The notes beneath the pieces are model-generated. The model was not told the origin of the DNA. It was given only the letters and a program-made list of their open reading frames with translations, and searched no databases. Positions 38,556-48,130 of a DNA stretch of 64,000 bases are shown piece by piece; position 1 is the first letter of the stretch; each line of letters starts with the position of its first letter. The stretch spans positions 320,001 through 384,000 of the forward strand of contig CAVYGN010000001.1 in assembly GCA_963768055.1 (NCBI GenBank), written 5' to 3'. The stretch comes from an uncultured Spirochaetota bacterium (GTDB lineage Bacteria > Spirochaetota > Brevinematia > Brevinematales > JAOACQ01). A program made the translations under genes and the position numbers.

Positions 38556-38990
38556 TCACTTTAGAAAATAAAATTCTATATCGCTGCCGGGGCTCTCCCT
38601 GAATTCGAGGGCTGCCGGTTTCTCCATGTTCGACAGGACGCTTTCTATAAGCGTCTTGTTCGAATAACTGCATATTGCGACGGTTCTTTTTAGGGGGAAG
38701 TAATCGCCGATCTTATCGATGCAATACCTGACGGTCCATTGGCTTATCTCCTTTTCTTTTATGAGGAGAGGGGCGGAAGCGGTTTCAAGGGTTTCTTCAT
38801 GATTGTCATCGTTTCTCAGGATGGCATAGCAGTTTTGGGGTAGTATGTACAAGGAGCCGTCTTTTCTGGCTTCTTCTTTTTTTATCATGACGATATCGCC
38901 GCTTAATTTGCCTTTTTTGGTATAATCCGGAAGTTCCGTGCAGGAACAGGCAAGGGCCGCAATGAATAATATTGCAATCGGTTTTAACAT
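38556..38990 (-). CDS. Lipoprotein, first gene of the T4SS operon
   Basis: Lipobox ALAC/CSC; GAGG RBS. Confidence 0.7.
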   Translation of the reverse strand: MLKPIAILFIAALACSCTELPDYTKKGKLSGDIVMIKKEEARKDGSLYILPQNCYAILRNDDNHEETLETASAPLLIKEKEISQWTVRYCIDKIGDYFPLKRTVAICSYSNKTLIESVLSNMEKPAALEFRESPGSDIEFYFLK

Positions 38991-39078
38991 TTTCAGCCTC
39001 TATAATCAATAATAAATTGGTACTACCTATTAAAAAGTATCCGTGCCTTTTTTAAAAAATTCATATAAACGAGTAACG

Positions 39079-39107
39079 ATTATAAAACAATTTAATAATG
39101 ATGTCAA
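39079..39107 (-). promoter_or_regulatory. Sigma70 promoter of the T4SS operon
   Basis: Exact TTGACA-N17-TATAAT on the minus strand (tgtcaa 39102-39107, attata 39079-39084). Confidence 0.8.
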
Positions 39108-39347
39108 TAGGCGATTGGTAATATATTAAAAATATTTTTGAAGTGATATACTATATTGCGGACAAAGCCGGATAAGTGAATATATTTTTTCACATCCTCA
39201 TTTTTCCTGGTGTATCCGGATAATCGGAACCGGGTAATGTGCCGACAATCGATAATTGTCAATAATGCCTTTGACAAAGATGTTATTGTCATGGTATCAT
39301 TGTTATGGTACTGAAATGGGATCAAATATGGCAAAGGGGTTGGTCTT

Positions 39348-39839
39348 ATGGGAAATATCGATTTAATTCCGGATTTTCCAAATGAGGAAAAGTTAAAGCC
39401 CGTTGAAAGAGAAATAATAACCAAATGGACAAAAAAATACATTGACATGACTATTAGCGAAAATAAAAATTACAAAATTAGTGAAATAATAAAATCATGT
39501 TCGATCGAACATTTCAATGCAGTAAATATGCAAGAGGTGCTTGAAAAGTATGTCGGAAAGGTTGAAGAATTCATAGAATTTATTCAAAACGAATGGAAAT
39601 GGAAAATTACATTCAATAAAGAGAATGGGATAATCATTGCAGATGAAAACAAAAACTATTGTGTTTGCCCTTTAGTAAAAATGAATCTGATAAAATCAAA
39701 AAAATTGTGTTTATGTTCGGAAGGATTTGGTGAAAAAATGTTTTCTTATATACTGAAAAAAACGGTAAAAGCAAAAGTAATAAGATCATTTCTCAGGGAT
39801 GGGAAAAGCTGTATTTATAAAATAATCATCAATCCCTGA
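39348..39839 (+). CDS. Cys-motif hypothetical protein (DUF6144-like)
   Basis: CVCPLV...LCLCSEGF...C pattern. Confidence 0.6.
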   Translation: MGNIDLIPDFPNEEKLKPVEREIITKWTKKYIDMTISENKNYKISEIIKSCSIEHFNAVNMQEVLEKYVGKVEEFIEFIQNEWKWKITFNKENGIIIADENKNYCVCPLVKMNLIKSKKLCLCSEGFGEKMFSYILKKTVKAKVIRSFLRDGKSCIYKIIINP

Positions 39840-39905
39840 AAAAAACTCTAAGACCGGTTTAATTGTAAGGAGCATAATATCGCTGATAATTTAAAGAAAT
39901 TAAAT

Positions 39906-40409
39906 TTGATCGGATGCTGCGGAATATCCTGCGGGTTATGCCCGCGATATCATTCCAAAGCAAAATCCGGATGCCTTGGATGCGGACCGGACGGGCATTG
40001 CTCCTTCTGCTCTATCTTTAGATGCTGTCAAATGAAACGAACCTTTGAGACTTGTGCAGACTGTAATGAATTTCCATGTAATAAATTCAACAAATGGTTT
40101 GATACGGATAGTTTTGTTACTCATAATAATTGTCTTGTAAATATTCAAAAGATTAAAAATATTGGAATTATTGATTTTTTGAAGGAACAATCGGAAAGAA
40201 AAAATATTCTTGAATTTATTTTAGAGAATTATAATACAGGAAGGCTTATGAGCTTTTATTGCCTTGCATCATCCCTTTTAAATATTGAATCATTAAAAAA
40301 AGCCTTAAAGAAAATTGAAAACATTAATGAAAACAAAGCGAAATCATTCGAGATGATAATAAAAGAATACGGGGATAGTGAAAATATTTCCTTGAAACTT
40401 AGGAAGTAA
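39906..40409 (+). CDS. DUF3795-like Cys-rich protein
   Basis: GCCGISCGLCP, CLGC, C.IFRCC, TCADC.EFPC; true start may be the ATC at 39879. Confidence 0.75.
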   Translation: MIGCCGISCGLCPRYHSKAKSGCLGCGPDGHCSFCSIFRCCQMKRTFETCADCNEFPCNKFNKWFDTDSFVTHNNCLVNIQKIKNIGIIDFLKEQSERKNILEFILENYNTGRLMSFYCLASSLLNIESLKKALKKIENINENKAKSFEMIIKEYGDSENISLKLRK

Positions 40410-40729
40410 AATATCAGACTGGCTTATAGGAATATCCCTAACGATGATCTATACAAAATCGTATCCCGGAAATAATGTTCTTTCGGCTTTAACTGTAAAA
40501 ATATGAGTTCAACTGATTTGACTTACCAATGAATTATTTAACATTTGTCCGGCGCTTGTATTTCCGGCGCTTTTTTCTTTTGTTCTTTTGGAAAGCATTA
40601 AGGGCGGTTCCAATAACTTGCAATGTTGTTAGTAATTTGATTTCTAATTATAATAAAAAAAGGAACTATATTTATTGGAATAATTATAAATGGTTTGATT
40701 ATAATTCTTTGATCAAAAAGGAGTCGCTA

Positions 40730-41221
40730 ATGAAGGTGAATGATACCGGTGATGTTTCCGTAAAAGGCGAAATGCCGGCGGGTAAAAAGCAGAGAAGGTT
40801 ATGGAAATATTACAGCGCCGTTTTATGGAATATTATTTTTTTCTTTTTCATTAATCTTTATCCGCTCTGGATTTCAAAGACCCGGGGGGGTGTTACAAAC
40901 GATTATATAAAGGTGCTTCTGGCTATGGATGTCTCCGTCATCACAATTATTATTGGAAATGCGGTGCTTATTGCGTTCTCGCCGAAGCGGCTGCGGGAGT
41001 TGATCGAATTTTTCATATCGGTTACTTCGCTGATCTCTGTTTCAGTCTTTCTTGGTATTTTTCCTCTTGATTTTTCTCATATTGCCGGTTCCTGGCTGAA
41101 TACCGTTATAAGATGCCTTCTGATTGCCGGGATCGTCGGGACTTCCATAGGAACAATATCTTCACTTATTAAGTTTATAAAAGCAATTATGCTGACTGAT
41201 TCCAAAGTATTGCTATTGTAA
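40730..41221 (+). CDS. Hypothetical membrane protein (about 4 TM)
   Basis: AAGGAG RBS before the ATG at 40730; hydrophobic segments. Confidence 0.7.
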   Translation: MKVNDTGDVSVKGEMPAGKKQRRLWKYYSAVLWNIIFFFFINLYPLWISKTRGGVTNDYIKVLLAMDVSVITIIIGNAVLIAFSPKRLRELIEFFISVTSLISVSVFLGIFPLDFSHIAGSWLNTVIRCLLIAGIVGTSIGTISSLIKFIKAIMLTDSKVLLL

Positions 41222-41250
41222 CCGGACTAAATAAATTCGGAATTATATAC

Positions 41251-41279
41251 TTGACAAACCAAAGAAAATGAGTTATACT
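41251..41279 (+). promoter_or_regulatory. Transposase promoter overlapping the left TIR
   Basis: TTGACA-N17-TATACT. Confidence 0.7.
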
Positions 41280-41292
41280 ATTCTTGAAATAA

Positions 41293-42261
41293 ATGAATAG
41301 GAGAAAAAATATGAAATTTAATCTTCCTGAATATAAGAATATGAGCGAAATGGCTTATATTGATGTCTGCCGATTATCGGAAGATGAAGCGAGAACAATT
41401 TTAGAAAATATTCGCTGGAAGGATGGTATAATATGTCCTCATTGTGAAAGTAAAAATATTGTTAGAATCATCGGAAAAGCAAAAACCATAAGAGATGGTC
41501 TTATACGCTGTAAGGATTGCAGAAAGCAATTTACAGTTACATCCGGGACAATAATGCATGGGTCACATATTACATTAAGGCAATGGGTACAGGCTTATTA
41601 TTCAATGTGTTCTCATAAAAAGGGTGTTTCGTCTCTCCAGTTACAAAGAAACCTCGGATTACATACTTATAAATCCGCATGGCATTTATCCCATAGGATT
41701 AGGATGACGATGAAAAAGGAGCCTTTAGCAAATATGCTCAATGGACAAGTTGAAGTCGATGAAACCTATGTTGGCGGGAAGCCGAGAAAGGGAAATAACA
41801 GCAACAGCAAAAGAGGGCGAGGAACTGAAAAAGTCCCTGTAATGGTATTGGTTGAAAGAAACGGTAAAGCCGTATCTCATCCTGTTCCCGATGTAACCGG
41901 GGAAACATTAAAGTCAGCCATTAAAGAAGTAGTTAATAAAGAATCAACAATTATTACTGACGAATGGAGAAGTTATAACGGGATTGAAAAAGAGTATAAA
42001 GGCGGCCATAAAGTAATTAATCACGGGATAGGCCAGTATTCAGAGAATGGGATCAATACAAATACCGCCGAATCATATTTTTCACTCTTAAAGAGGGGAA
42101 TCGTAGGAACCTTCCATCATATTTCTAAAAAACATCTTTTCAGGTATTGTGCGGAATTTAATTTCAGATGGAATAACAGGAAAAAAAGCGATGGAGAAAG
42201 AACAGAAAACGCTATTAGGGGGATAGTCGGAAAAAGATTAAAATATAAGGGGGCTTTTTAA
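41293..42261 (+). CDS. IS1595-family (ISXO2-like) transposase
   Basis: Zn ribbon CPHC/CKDC, VEVDETYVGGK, TDEW..Y, NTAESYFSLLKRG..GTFHH.S.KHL..Y..EF.FR.N. Confidence 0.96.
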   Translation: MNRRKNMKFNLPEYKNMSEMAYIDVCRLSEDEARTILENIRWKDGIICPHCESKNIVRIIGKAKTIRDGLIRCKDCRKQFTVTSGTIMHGSHITLRQWVQAYYSMCSHKKGVSSLQLQRNLGLHTYKSAWHLSHRIRMTMKKEPLANMLNGQVEVDETYVGGKPRKGNNSNSKRGRGTEKVPVMVLVERNGKAVSHPVPDVTGETLKSAIKEVVNKESTIITDEWRSYNGIEKEYKGGHKVINHGIGQYSENGINTNTAESYFSLLKRGIVGTFHHISKKHLFRYCAEFNFRWNNRKKSDGERTENAIRGIVGKRLKYKGAF

Positions 42262-42911
42262 TGGATAGCATAAGTAAAGAGACTATACAGATTTTGTTTT
42301 TTCTAATGCCAGGATTATTAGCATCAATATTTGTAGAATCATTAATTGTAAGAAAAGGACGGGATCAGTTTACTTTAATAGTTGAAGCATTGATATTTTC
42401 AGTATTTATTTACATTACTTATCAATTAATTAACGGAAAAAAAATCATAAACTTTCTGGAAAATTATGATTATATGTGTATTACTCAATATTTAGAATTG
42501 GTTGGAATAAGTATATTTTATGGAATATTATTTGGCGTATTAATATACAGAGACGCTTTCCATTGGTTTTTCAGAACAATTAAGATCACAAAAAAAACAT
42601 CAAGAATGTCTATATGGAACGATATTATGGAAACAAATTTGGGAAAGAAAAATTGGGCAAATATCCATATGTCTAATGGTCAAATTATTATAGGTCAAAT
42701 TTATGGATATTCTGATAGTCCAGATAGTCAATATATATTTGTTGAGAATCCTTATCTTAAAAAGAATGAAGAAGAAATATTATCTCATCCTTATTATAAC
42801 CCTATTCTTTTGAAGAAAGGCAAAAAAAAATTAATTGATGGGATATTGATAACACCCGAAATGAAAATAGATTATATTGAATTTTTTAAAGATGAAACAA
42901 TTAAGAATTAA
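42261..42911 (+). CDS. IS passenger membrane protein (DUF6338-like)
   Basis: FLMPG, three TMs, SIW, then I.G.I...S; very AT-rich; coupled to the transposase stop. Confidence 0.7.
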   Translation: MDSISKETIQILFFLMPGLLASIFVESLIVRKGRDQFTLIVEALIFSVFIYITYQLINGKKIINFLENYDYMCITQYLELVGISIFYGILFGVLIYRDAFHWFFRTIKITKKTSRMSIWNDIMETNLGKKNWANIHMSNGQIIIGQIYGYSDSPDSQYIFVENPYLKKNEEEILSHPYYNPILLKKGKKKLIDGILITPEMKIDYIEFFKDETIKN

Positions 42912-43063
42912 TTATCTGATGTACTATTATTAGAGTTATTATTATTTTCTTGTGTAGTAGTTTCTGTTTGAGGGGTATCAAACAATGTGCTTATATCCTC
43001 ACCTTCAAGAGGTTCGTGATGACCGACTAATGATTTCCATACAACATTATTGGGGTTTGGCAT
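42908..43063 (-). CDS. 51-aa acidic Asn/Thr-rich peptide (not in the ORF track)
   Basis: MPNPNNVVWKSLVGHHEPLEGEDISTLFDTPQTETTTQENNNNSNNSTSDN; AAGGAG RBS and a consensus promoter upstream. Confidence 0.65.
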   Translation of the reverse strand: MPNPNNVVWKSLVGHHEPLEGEDISTLFDTPQTETTTQENNNNSNNSTSDN

Positions 43064-43094
43064 ATTTTATACTCCTTAATGATTTACCTAAAAT

Positions 43095-43124
43095 ATTATA
43101 AAGGAATTATATATATTATGTCAA
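43095..43124 (-). promoter_or_regulatory. Sigma70 promoter inside the IS, antisense to the transposase
   Basis: TTGACA-N18-TATAAT; the -35 lies within a 14-bp inverted copy of the left TIR core. Confidence 0.7.
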
Positions 43125-43147
43125 GTATATAAAAATGGGGTTATGAA

Positions 43148-43279
43148 ATGAGAAAGAGAAAAACGAGAACAAACGAAGGGAAAAAGTATGATAAACCAAT
43201 ATCGGCCTATCCCTTAAAACCCGAAGAATTGATAAAGGCTATTTTTGAGGTTAAGATAGATGGTTTGTCAAAGGTATAG
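43148..43279 (+). CDS. 43-aa basic ORF running into the right TIR
   Basis: MRKRKTRTNEGKKYDKPISAYPLKPEELIKAIFEVKIDGLSKV; stop lies inside the TIR. Confidence 0.45.
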   Translation: MRKRKTRTNEGKKYDKPISAYPLKPEELIKAIFEVKIDGLSKV

Positions 43280-43345
43280 TTCCGAATAAATTTTCAGAAT
43301 TTGCCAAATTATTTTTCTGATTAAATTACAATAATGGAGCTGGCG

Positions 43346-44535
43346 ATGCCTGTTTTTGAACCTGATGAATACGCAGGTTAAGTAAACTGACTGGTATAAT
43401 ACGAACCAAGAGCCTTGATTTGGTTCTTATCAGCTACCCGAGGGATATCTATTATTATACGGGTTCCTTGCAGCCGCTGTATTTCATAGTATCTACCGGG
43501 AATGAACCGCTTGCCGCGGCCAGAAAAGGCATCCCCAGAATAGAAGAAGAAACTGTTAATGTTGAAATAGCGCCGTTTTCAAATACGAATGAATTTGAGA
43601 AAATACTCAGAAGCAGGACATCAAAAAAGAACCCCGGAATCGGATTATGCTTCGAAACTATCAGCCATAAGTCATACAACAGGATAAGCGAAATTTTCCC
43701 GGGTTCTTTAATATCCGATATTTCCTGGGATGTAAGGCTTCTAAGAACCGTAAAAAGCATAAAAGAAATCGAGTTGATCAGGCATGCGGGAAAGATCATG
43801 GCAAGGATACCTGAGATACTTCTTTCGCGTTTTCATTCCGGAATGACCGAGCTTGAGATGTCTGTTATTATTGAGGATTATTTCAGGTCGGAAGGCCTCG
43901 GTTATAATTGCAGCCGTCAGGATGGGATCAATTTCGGCTTCGGAGTCTTCAGTGCCGGCATTAATTCCATGAATCCGACAAGGTTTGACGGGATCTGCTC
44001 AGGCAAAGGCCTTTCTCCGGCTATGCCTTTCGGGGCCGGACATTCGATGATTGGAAAGGGAGTCCCCGTAATTGCAGATTTCGGCGTAACTATGGAAGGT
44101 TATCATGCCGACCAGACAAGGATGTTCTGCTGGGGCAAGCCAAGCAGCCTTGTAATAGAGGCATATTCGGCAATGCTTGAGATCGAAAACGATCTGATTG
44201 ACTTCATTAAGCCGGGAATGCCATGGTATTCTCCATATGAAAGGTCGTTGAAACTCGCAGAAGAAAAGGGTTATGCAAGCTCTTTCATGGGATCGGGGAG
44301 AGAAAGGGTTAAATTTATAGGGCATGGCGTCGGGCTTGAACTCGATGAACCGCCATTCCTTTCAAAGGGTATGGATTATATAATCGAGGAAGGCATGGTC
44401 ATTGCCGTTGAACCTAAGGTTAGCCTTGCCGGGTATGGGGTTATTGGTGTCGAGGATACGATAGTTATAACAAAGGATGGGAACAACTATCTTACAGAAG
44501 CGCCCAGGGATTTTATTTGCAGCCGAGGCAAATAA
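43346..44535 (+). CDS. Xaa-Pro peptidase (M24) with an apparent frameshift near the N-terminus
   Basis: DFG..GYHADQTR, GHGVGLELDE, EPK, GVED; GGAG+ATG at 43346 (MPVFEPDEY) joins RLSKL...DLVLIS only by a 1-nt shift at about 43373. Confidence 0.8.
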
Positions 44536-44571
44536 TTATACCGGACGGGGACAGGGGAGGTCGGAGAAAAT

Positions 44572-45765
44572 ATGCCCTTAAAACGTTCCGTGGAAGAAAA
44601 AAGATTGAATATTATGCTTCATGCGTTACCCGGTTACATGAGAGCCGTAATAATGGAGCTTCGAAATAAAAAATTATCGCGTGAAGAAATAGCTGAAAGC
44701 TTGAGCCATATCGTAAGTATGACTGTTTTAAATGGAAATAAAAGGACCGGGCGTTCGAAATTTAAGGAAATGACGGATAGCGGCATTGAAATAGCTTTAA
44801 AACTCGGTATTATTGAAGAAAATAAGGGATCGTATTATCTCACTGGCGACGGCGAAAAAGTAGCCGGATTTATGCATGTGAATATATTTATATTCTTCAG
44901 AAGATTCTTTTCGATCGAAACCTCTATAAAAATATCCGTCTTTGTATTGATAATTCTAGGTATATTGAAGCTCGGCTTCGGCTTCGTTTCCGGTTCGGCC
45001 GGTTTGATAGCGGACGGTATAGACAATACCATGGATATATTGTCTTCCTTAATCGTATGGGCCGGCTTAAAATTAAAAAAGGAAAAAGCCTCTTCAGTAT
45101 TCATAATTGCTATGATGTTTATCTCTATAATATTCCTTGTTATAACGGGAATAGGTAAGATAATTGATCCGAAGCCTATCAGCGAAGGTATGCTCACGAT
45201 TGCAGTATCGCTTATAGCCGGTCTGACAATGATGATGCTTTCCCTTTACCAGGATGCGGCGGGTAAGAAAAACGGAAATTTTACAGTCATATGCCAGTCG
45301 GTTGAATCGAAAAACCATTTTTACATTTCGATCATGGTAAGCCTGGGCATCCTGCTGTCAATTGTTTCGAAAAGTTTGAAGTTTGACTGGCTGATTTACT
45401 CCGACGGAGCAGTTTCAATTATCATTACATTATTAATATTCAGGGCTGCGTTATCGCTGACTCTTTCTTTCCTGAAAGGAGGTGAAAACGAGGGGCAGGT
45501 CGCTGATTATCTCAAAGGCAAAACAAGGTCTTTTAAAAGGCGTTTCCTTTATAACTGGATAATGCAACAGCTTGCCGATGAAGGATTGACGGCAAACGAA
45601 CTGGTATCGAGGTTTAAGGACGAATTTTGCCGGACTCCTCCGGCAATCCTCAGCCTGACGGGATTCGGATATATGCCTGAAGACGCCCGGGACCTTGAAA
45701 TTCACCTCGATAAATTTATCAAAGAGAAAAAAATAAAGCTGGAAGGCGGGAAATATTATCGTTAG
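44572..45765 (+). CDS. Cation-diffusion-facilitator-like TM domain flanked by winged-helix-like domains
   Basis: KL..G..SGS.GLIADGIDN..D (CDF TM1-2); soluble termini ending in G.Y(Y)(L/R) wing-like motifs. Confidence 0.7.
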   Translation: MPLKRSVEEKRLNIMLHALPGYMRAVIMELRNKKLSREEIAESLSHIVSMTVLNGNKRTGRSKFKEMTDSGIEIALKLGIIEENKGSYYLTGDGEKVAGFMHVNIFIFFRRFFSIETSIKISVFVLIILGILKLGFGFVSGSAGLIADGIDNTMDILSSLIVWAGLKLKKEKASSVFIIAMMFISIIFLVITGIGKIIDPKPISEGMLTIAVSLIAGLTMMMLSLYQDAAGKKNGNFTVICQSVESKNHFYISIMVSLGILLSIVSKSLKFDWLIYSDGAVSIIITLLIFRAALSLTLSFLKGGENEGQVADYLKGKTRSFKRRFLYNWIMQQLADEGLTANELVSRFKDEFCRTPPAILSLTGFGYMPEDARDLEIHLDKFIKEKKIKLEGGKYYR

Positions 45766-46405
45766 ATTCCCCGCGATGCTGCTTTTCTGCGATATGCACC
45801 TTTAAAGGATACATTATCGATCCGCTTTTTATATGCGTTAAGCCGGCTTCTTTAAACATATTTTTGTATTCTTTAGTGCTGTAAAATTTAACATGCTCCT
45901 GTTCTTTTTTCTGTACTATTTTATTGATCCTTGCTGTTATAAAATCGTCAGACGTTACATCCAGGATATAAATTTTTCCTCCCTGTTTTAATACTCTTTT
46001 AACTTCAATTAAGACCTTTACAGGATTGAGATAATGGTGAAATGAATTTGTACAGATGATATTATCGAAGTAATAGCTTTCTAATGGTAAAGATTCGGCA
46101 CTTGCTTTATAAAAATGCACGTTCTTTAAACCGCGGGAATTTTCAATTGCTTTTTCTATCATTCCGCCGGAAATATCGATACCTGTAAAATCGCCTTCTC
46201 CGTCAAGGATTTCAGCGGCGTAGCGGACAGCCCAGCCGGTTCCGCAGCCTATATCGAGAAAATTCGATCCCTTTTTCAAATCCAGCGGCGATATAAGGCG
46301 TTTTTGCATGTACCTGAAATAATCGAACCTCTTTTCGTCGTAAGTCCGGGAACGCCTGCTCCACTTTTGTTCGTTGGCTTTTTCATGGCCTGTATTTGAA
46401 TCCAT
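45719..46405 (-). CDS. Class I SAM-dependent methyltransferase
   Basis: LDIGCGTG, GIDIS..MI, RVLKQGG. Confidence 0.9.
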   Translation of the reverse strand: MDSNTGHEKANEQKWSRRSRTYDEKRFDYFRYMQKRLISPLDLKKGSNFLDIGCGTGWAVRYAAEILDGEGDFTGIDISGGMIEKAIENSRGLKNVHFYKASAESLPLESYYFDNIICTNSFHHYLNPVKVLIEVKRVLKQGGKIYILDVTSDDFITARINKIVQKKEQEHVKFYSTKEYKNMFKEAGLTHIKSGSIMYPLKVHIAEKQHRGESNDNISRLPALFFSL

Positions 46406-46836
46406 TAGTCGCCTTTATCGAAATAACTCCGGGTCCTCTCCAGGTTGAGAATATCGTTTTTCTTTATAGCGGATAAAATCATTTCTTCCCTGGATTTGAA
46501 ATTATCATCAAGTTCGAATTCGTTGATATGTTTGAGCAAAGTTCCGTCTTTATGCTCTAAAAATATTTTAACAGTCAGCTGATATGCAAAAGGCGCCAGC
46601 GGCGGCATTCTGATTGTAACCAGTGAGAAATTCTCGGGAATAATGATTCTCTCCAGCTCCACATCTCCGGACGGGGTTCCCCTGGATATTGTGCGGAGCG
46701 ATCTTTCATTCCGGAATAATATTTCAGTATTAGCGGCAACAGGGTCGATTTTTTTCATGAATTCCGCTGCCGCCATTTCATTAAACGCTTTTTCCCTGGG
46801 GCATTTTAAAATTATTTCCTCGCATATCTTCGGCAT
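46405..46836 (-). CDS. SRPBCC/START-like hypothetical protein
   Basis: Size and strand/helix pattern; coupled to the methyltransferase. Confidence 0.5.
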   Translation of the reverse strand: MPKICEEIILKCPREKAFNEMAAAEFMKKIDPVAANTEILFRNERSLRTISRGTPSGDVELERIIIPENFSLVTIRMPPLAPFAYQLTVKIFLEHKDGTLLKHINEFELDDNFKSREEMILSAIKKNDILNLERTRSYFDKGD

Positions 46837-46884
46837 AATTATATCTCCTATATTATTGAAACGGCTATTATTGAATCGTCGGAG

Positions 46885-47188
46885 CTACCTGCCGGCCTGC
46901 GAGAACCCGAAGCTTAATAGGACGCTCATCAGAACAATTGCGGCAAAAAATATGACCCGCCCCCACTTATCCGGGCCTGCAACCTTGCCGAGCTTGAATA
47001 GGATATATCCTGCGGCGAGGTTGCCGAGCGCCCATAGCGTATTCACGACCGGGGGCGAAAGGCCCTTTCCCGGGGGATTTGCGAACGGAGTGGGAAATAA
47101 TTCACCCGATACTCCATGGATAAAGTGCGGGACGGTATTTACAAGAAAAGCCCGCGAAGAAACAAGCCAGGTAATTGTACCATTTCAT
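46885..47188 (-). pseudogene. Small membrane protein gene with two frameshifts (not in the ORF track)
   Basis: AAGGAG RBS; MKWYNYLACFFAG / LVNTVPHFIHGVSGELFPTPFANPPGKGLSPPVVNTLWALGN / RVIFFAAIVLMS require frame changes at T and G runs. Confidence 0.65.
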
Positions 47189-47205
47189 GGTCTGACTCCT
47201 TAATT

Positions 47206-48129
47206 CTATTTTCGTCTTTCAGCTTCCATTTCAAGAGTTGCCGGTTTGTATTGAAATAACGACAATAATTCCCGATGCAATTCAGGCAATTCCGAAACAT
47301 AAGATTGGGGGAAATTGTTTAATAATTTAATATAACCGAGCAGGTTATGAATAAAAAGCATATTGTCGGAAAATAAGGATAAAGGAGATGTCAGATTATA
47401 AGCTATCAACGGAAAAATAAGAGGTATTTTTTGGAATTTTATTTTCTTTTCCCAGACTTTCGATATCCTTTTTGCCGCATCCGGAAAAGAAAGAGCTTCC
47501 GGCCCAACCAATTTGATTCTTAATCCTGACAGATCTTCTCTTAAGGATGCTTGAGCGGCAATTTCTCCCAGATCTAAAGGGGATATTGTCGGGAGGCCGG
47601 CAGGGCCGCCGCCCGGGACCATCATTTTATTTCCCCGGATCATTGAAAAGAATATCTGCATAGAAGGGGGCGCTCCAAGTACCGTCCAGTTGAGATCTGA
47701 ACTTTTTAACCATAGCTCAACTTCGGCCTTTTCGTTCGCTGCAGCTAAATTGTGTTTGCCGGCAAATTCCCGGTTAGCTTCAAATACTGAAATGTAAACG
47801 ATCCTGTTGATTCCTTCATTTTTAGCCGTTTTTAGCATTGAGATTACAGCATCCTGTTCTATTTCCTTCAGACGTCTGATCTGTTTTGGAACAAATGCTG
47901 AAATTGCTATAATAATACAATCAACTCCGAATATGGCCTGTTTTACTGAAAAATTTGATAAAATATCTCCCGAAACAAATTCGACTTTATCACCCAGGGT
48001 TTCCCCGGCTTGTTCGATATTGCGGGTCATTACCCGGACGTTAACATCTTTTGACAAAAGACTTTTTACAATACAACGCCCATAATGCCCGGTCCCTCCC
48101 AAAACAAGAACGGTTTTTCTGTTTGCCAT
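47206..48129 (-). CDS. NmrA/atypical SDR NAD(P)-binding protein
   Basis: VLVLGGTGHYG Rossmann motif. Confidence 0.85.
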   Translation of the reverse strand: MANRKTVLVLGGTGHYGRCIVKSLLSKDVNVRVMTRNIEQAGETLGDKVEFVSGDILSNFSVKQAIFGVDCIIIAISAFVPKQIRRLKEIEQDAVISMLKTAKNEGINRIVYISVFEANREFAGKHNLAAANEKAEVELWLKSSDLNWTVLGAPPSMQIFFSMIRGNKMMVPGGGPAGLPTISPLDLGEIAAQASLREDLSGLRIKLVGPEALSFPDAAKRISKVWEKKIKFQKIPLIFPLIAYNLTSPLSLFSDNMLFIHNLLGYIKLLNNFPQSYVSELPELHRELLSLFQYKPATLEMEAERRK

Positions 48130-48130
48130 G

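Larger units (their letters stand above)
41238..43284 (+). mobile_element. Complete IS1595-family element carrying passenger genes
   Basis: 24-bp TIRs (CGGAATTATATACTTGACAAACCA vs CGGAACTATACCTTTGACAAACCA, 20/24) flanked by the 8-bp duplication AATAAATT at 41230-41237 and 43285-43292. Confidence 0.95.

Noticed and set aside
20619..39340. Calling the block an ICE or integrated plasmid
   Set aside because: No integrase, relaxase, coupling protein, replication gene or flanking direct repeats could be identified
40529..40729. N-terminal extension of the 230-aa ORF
   Set aside because: AT-rich promoter-like sequence; a strong RBS precedes the ATG at 40730
46643..47203. 186-aa plus-strand ORF
   Set aside because: Antisense shadow of real minus-strand genes (SRPBCC-like and the frameshifted membrane gene)
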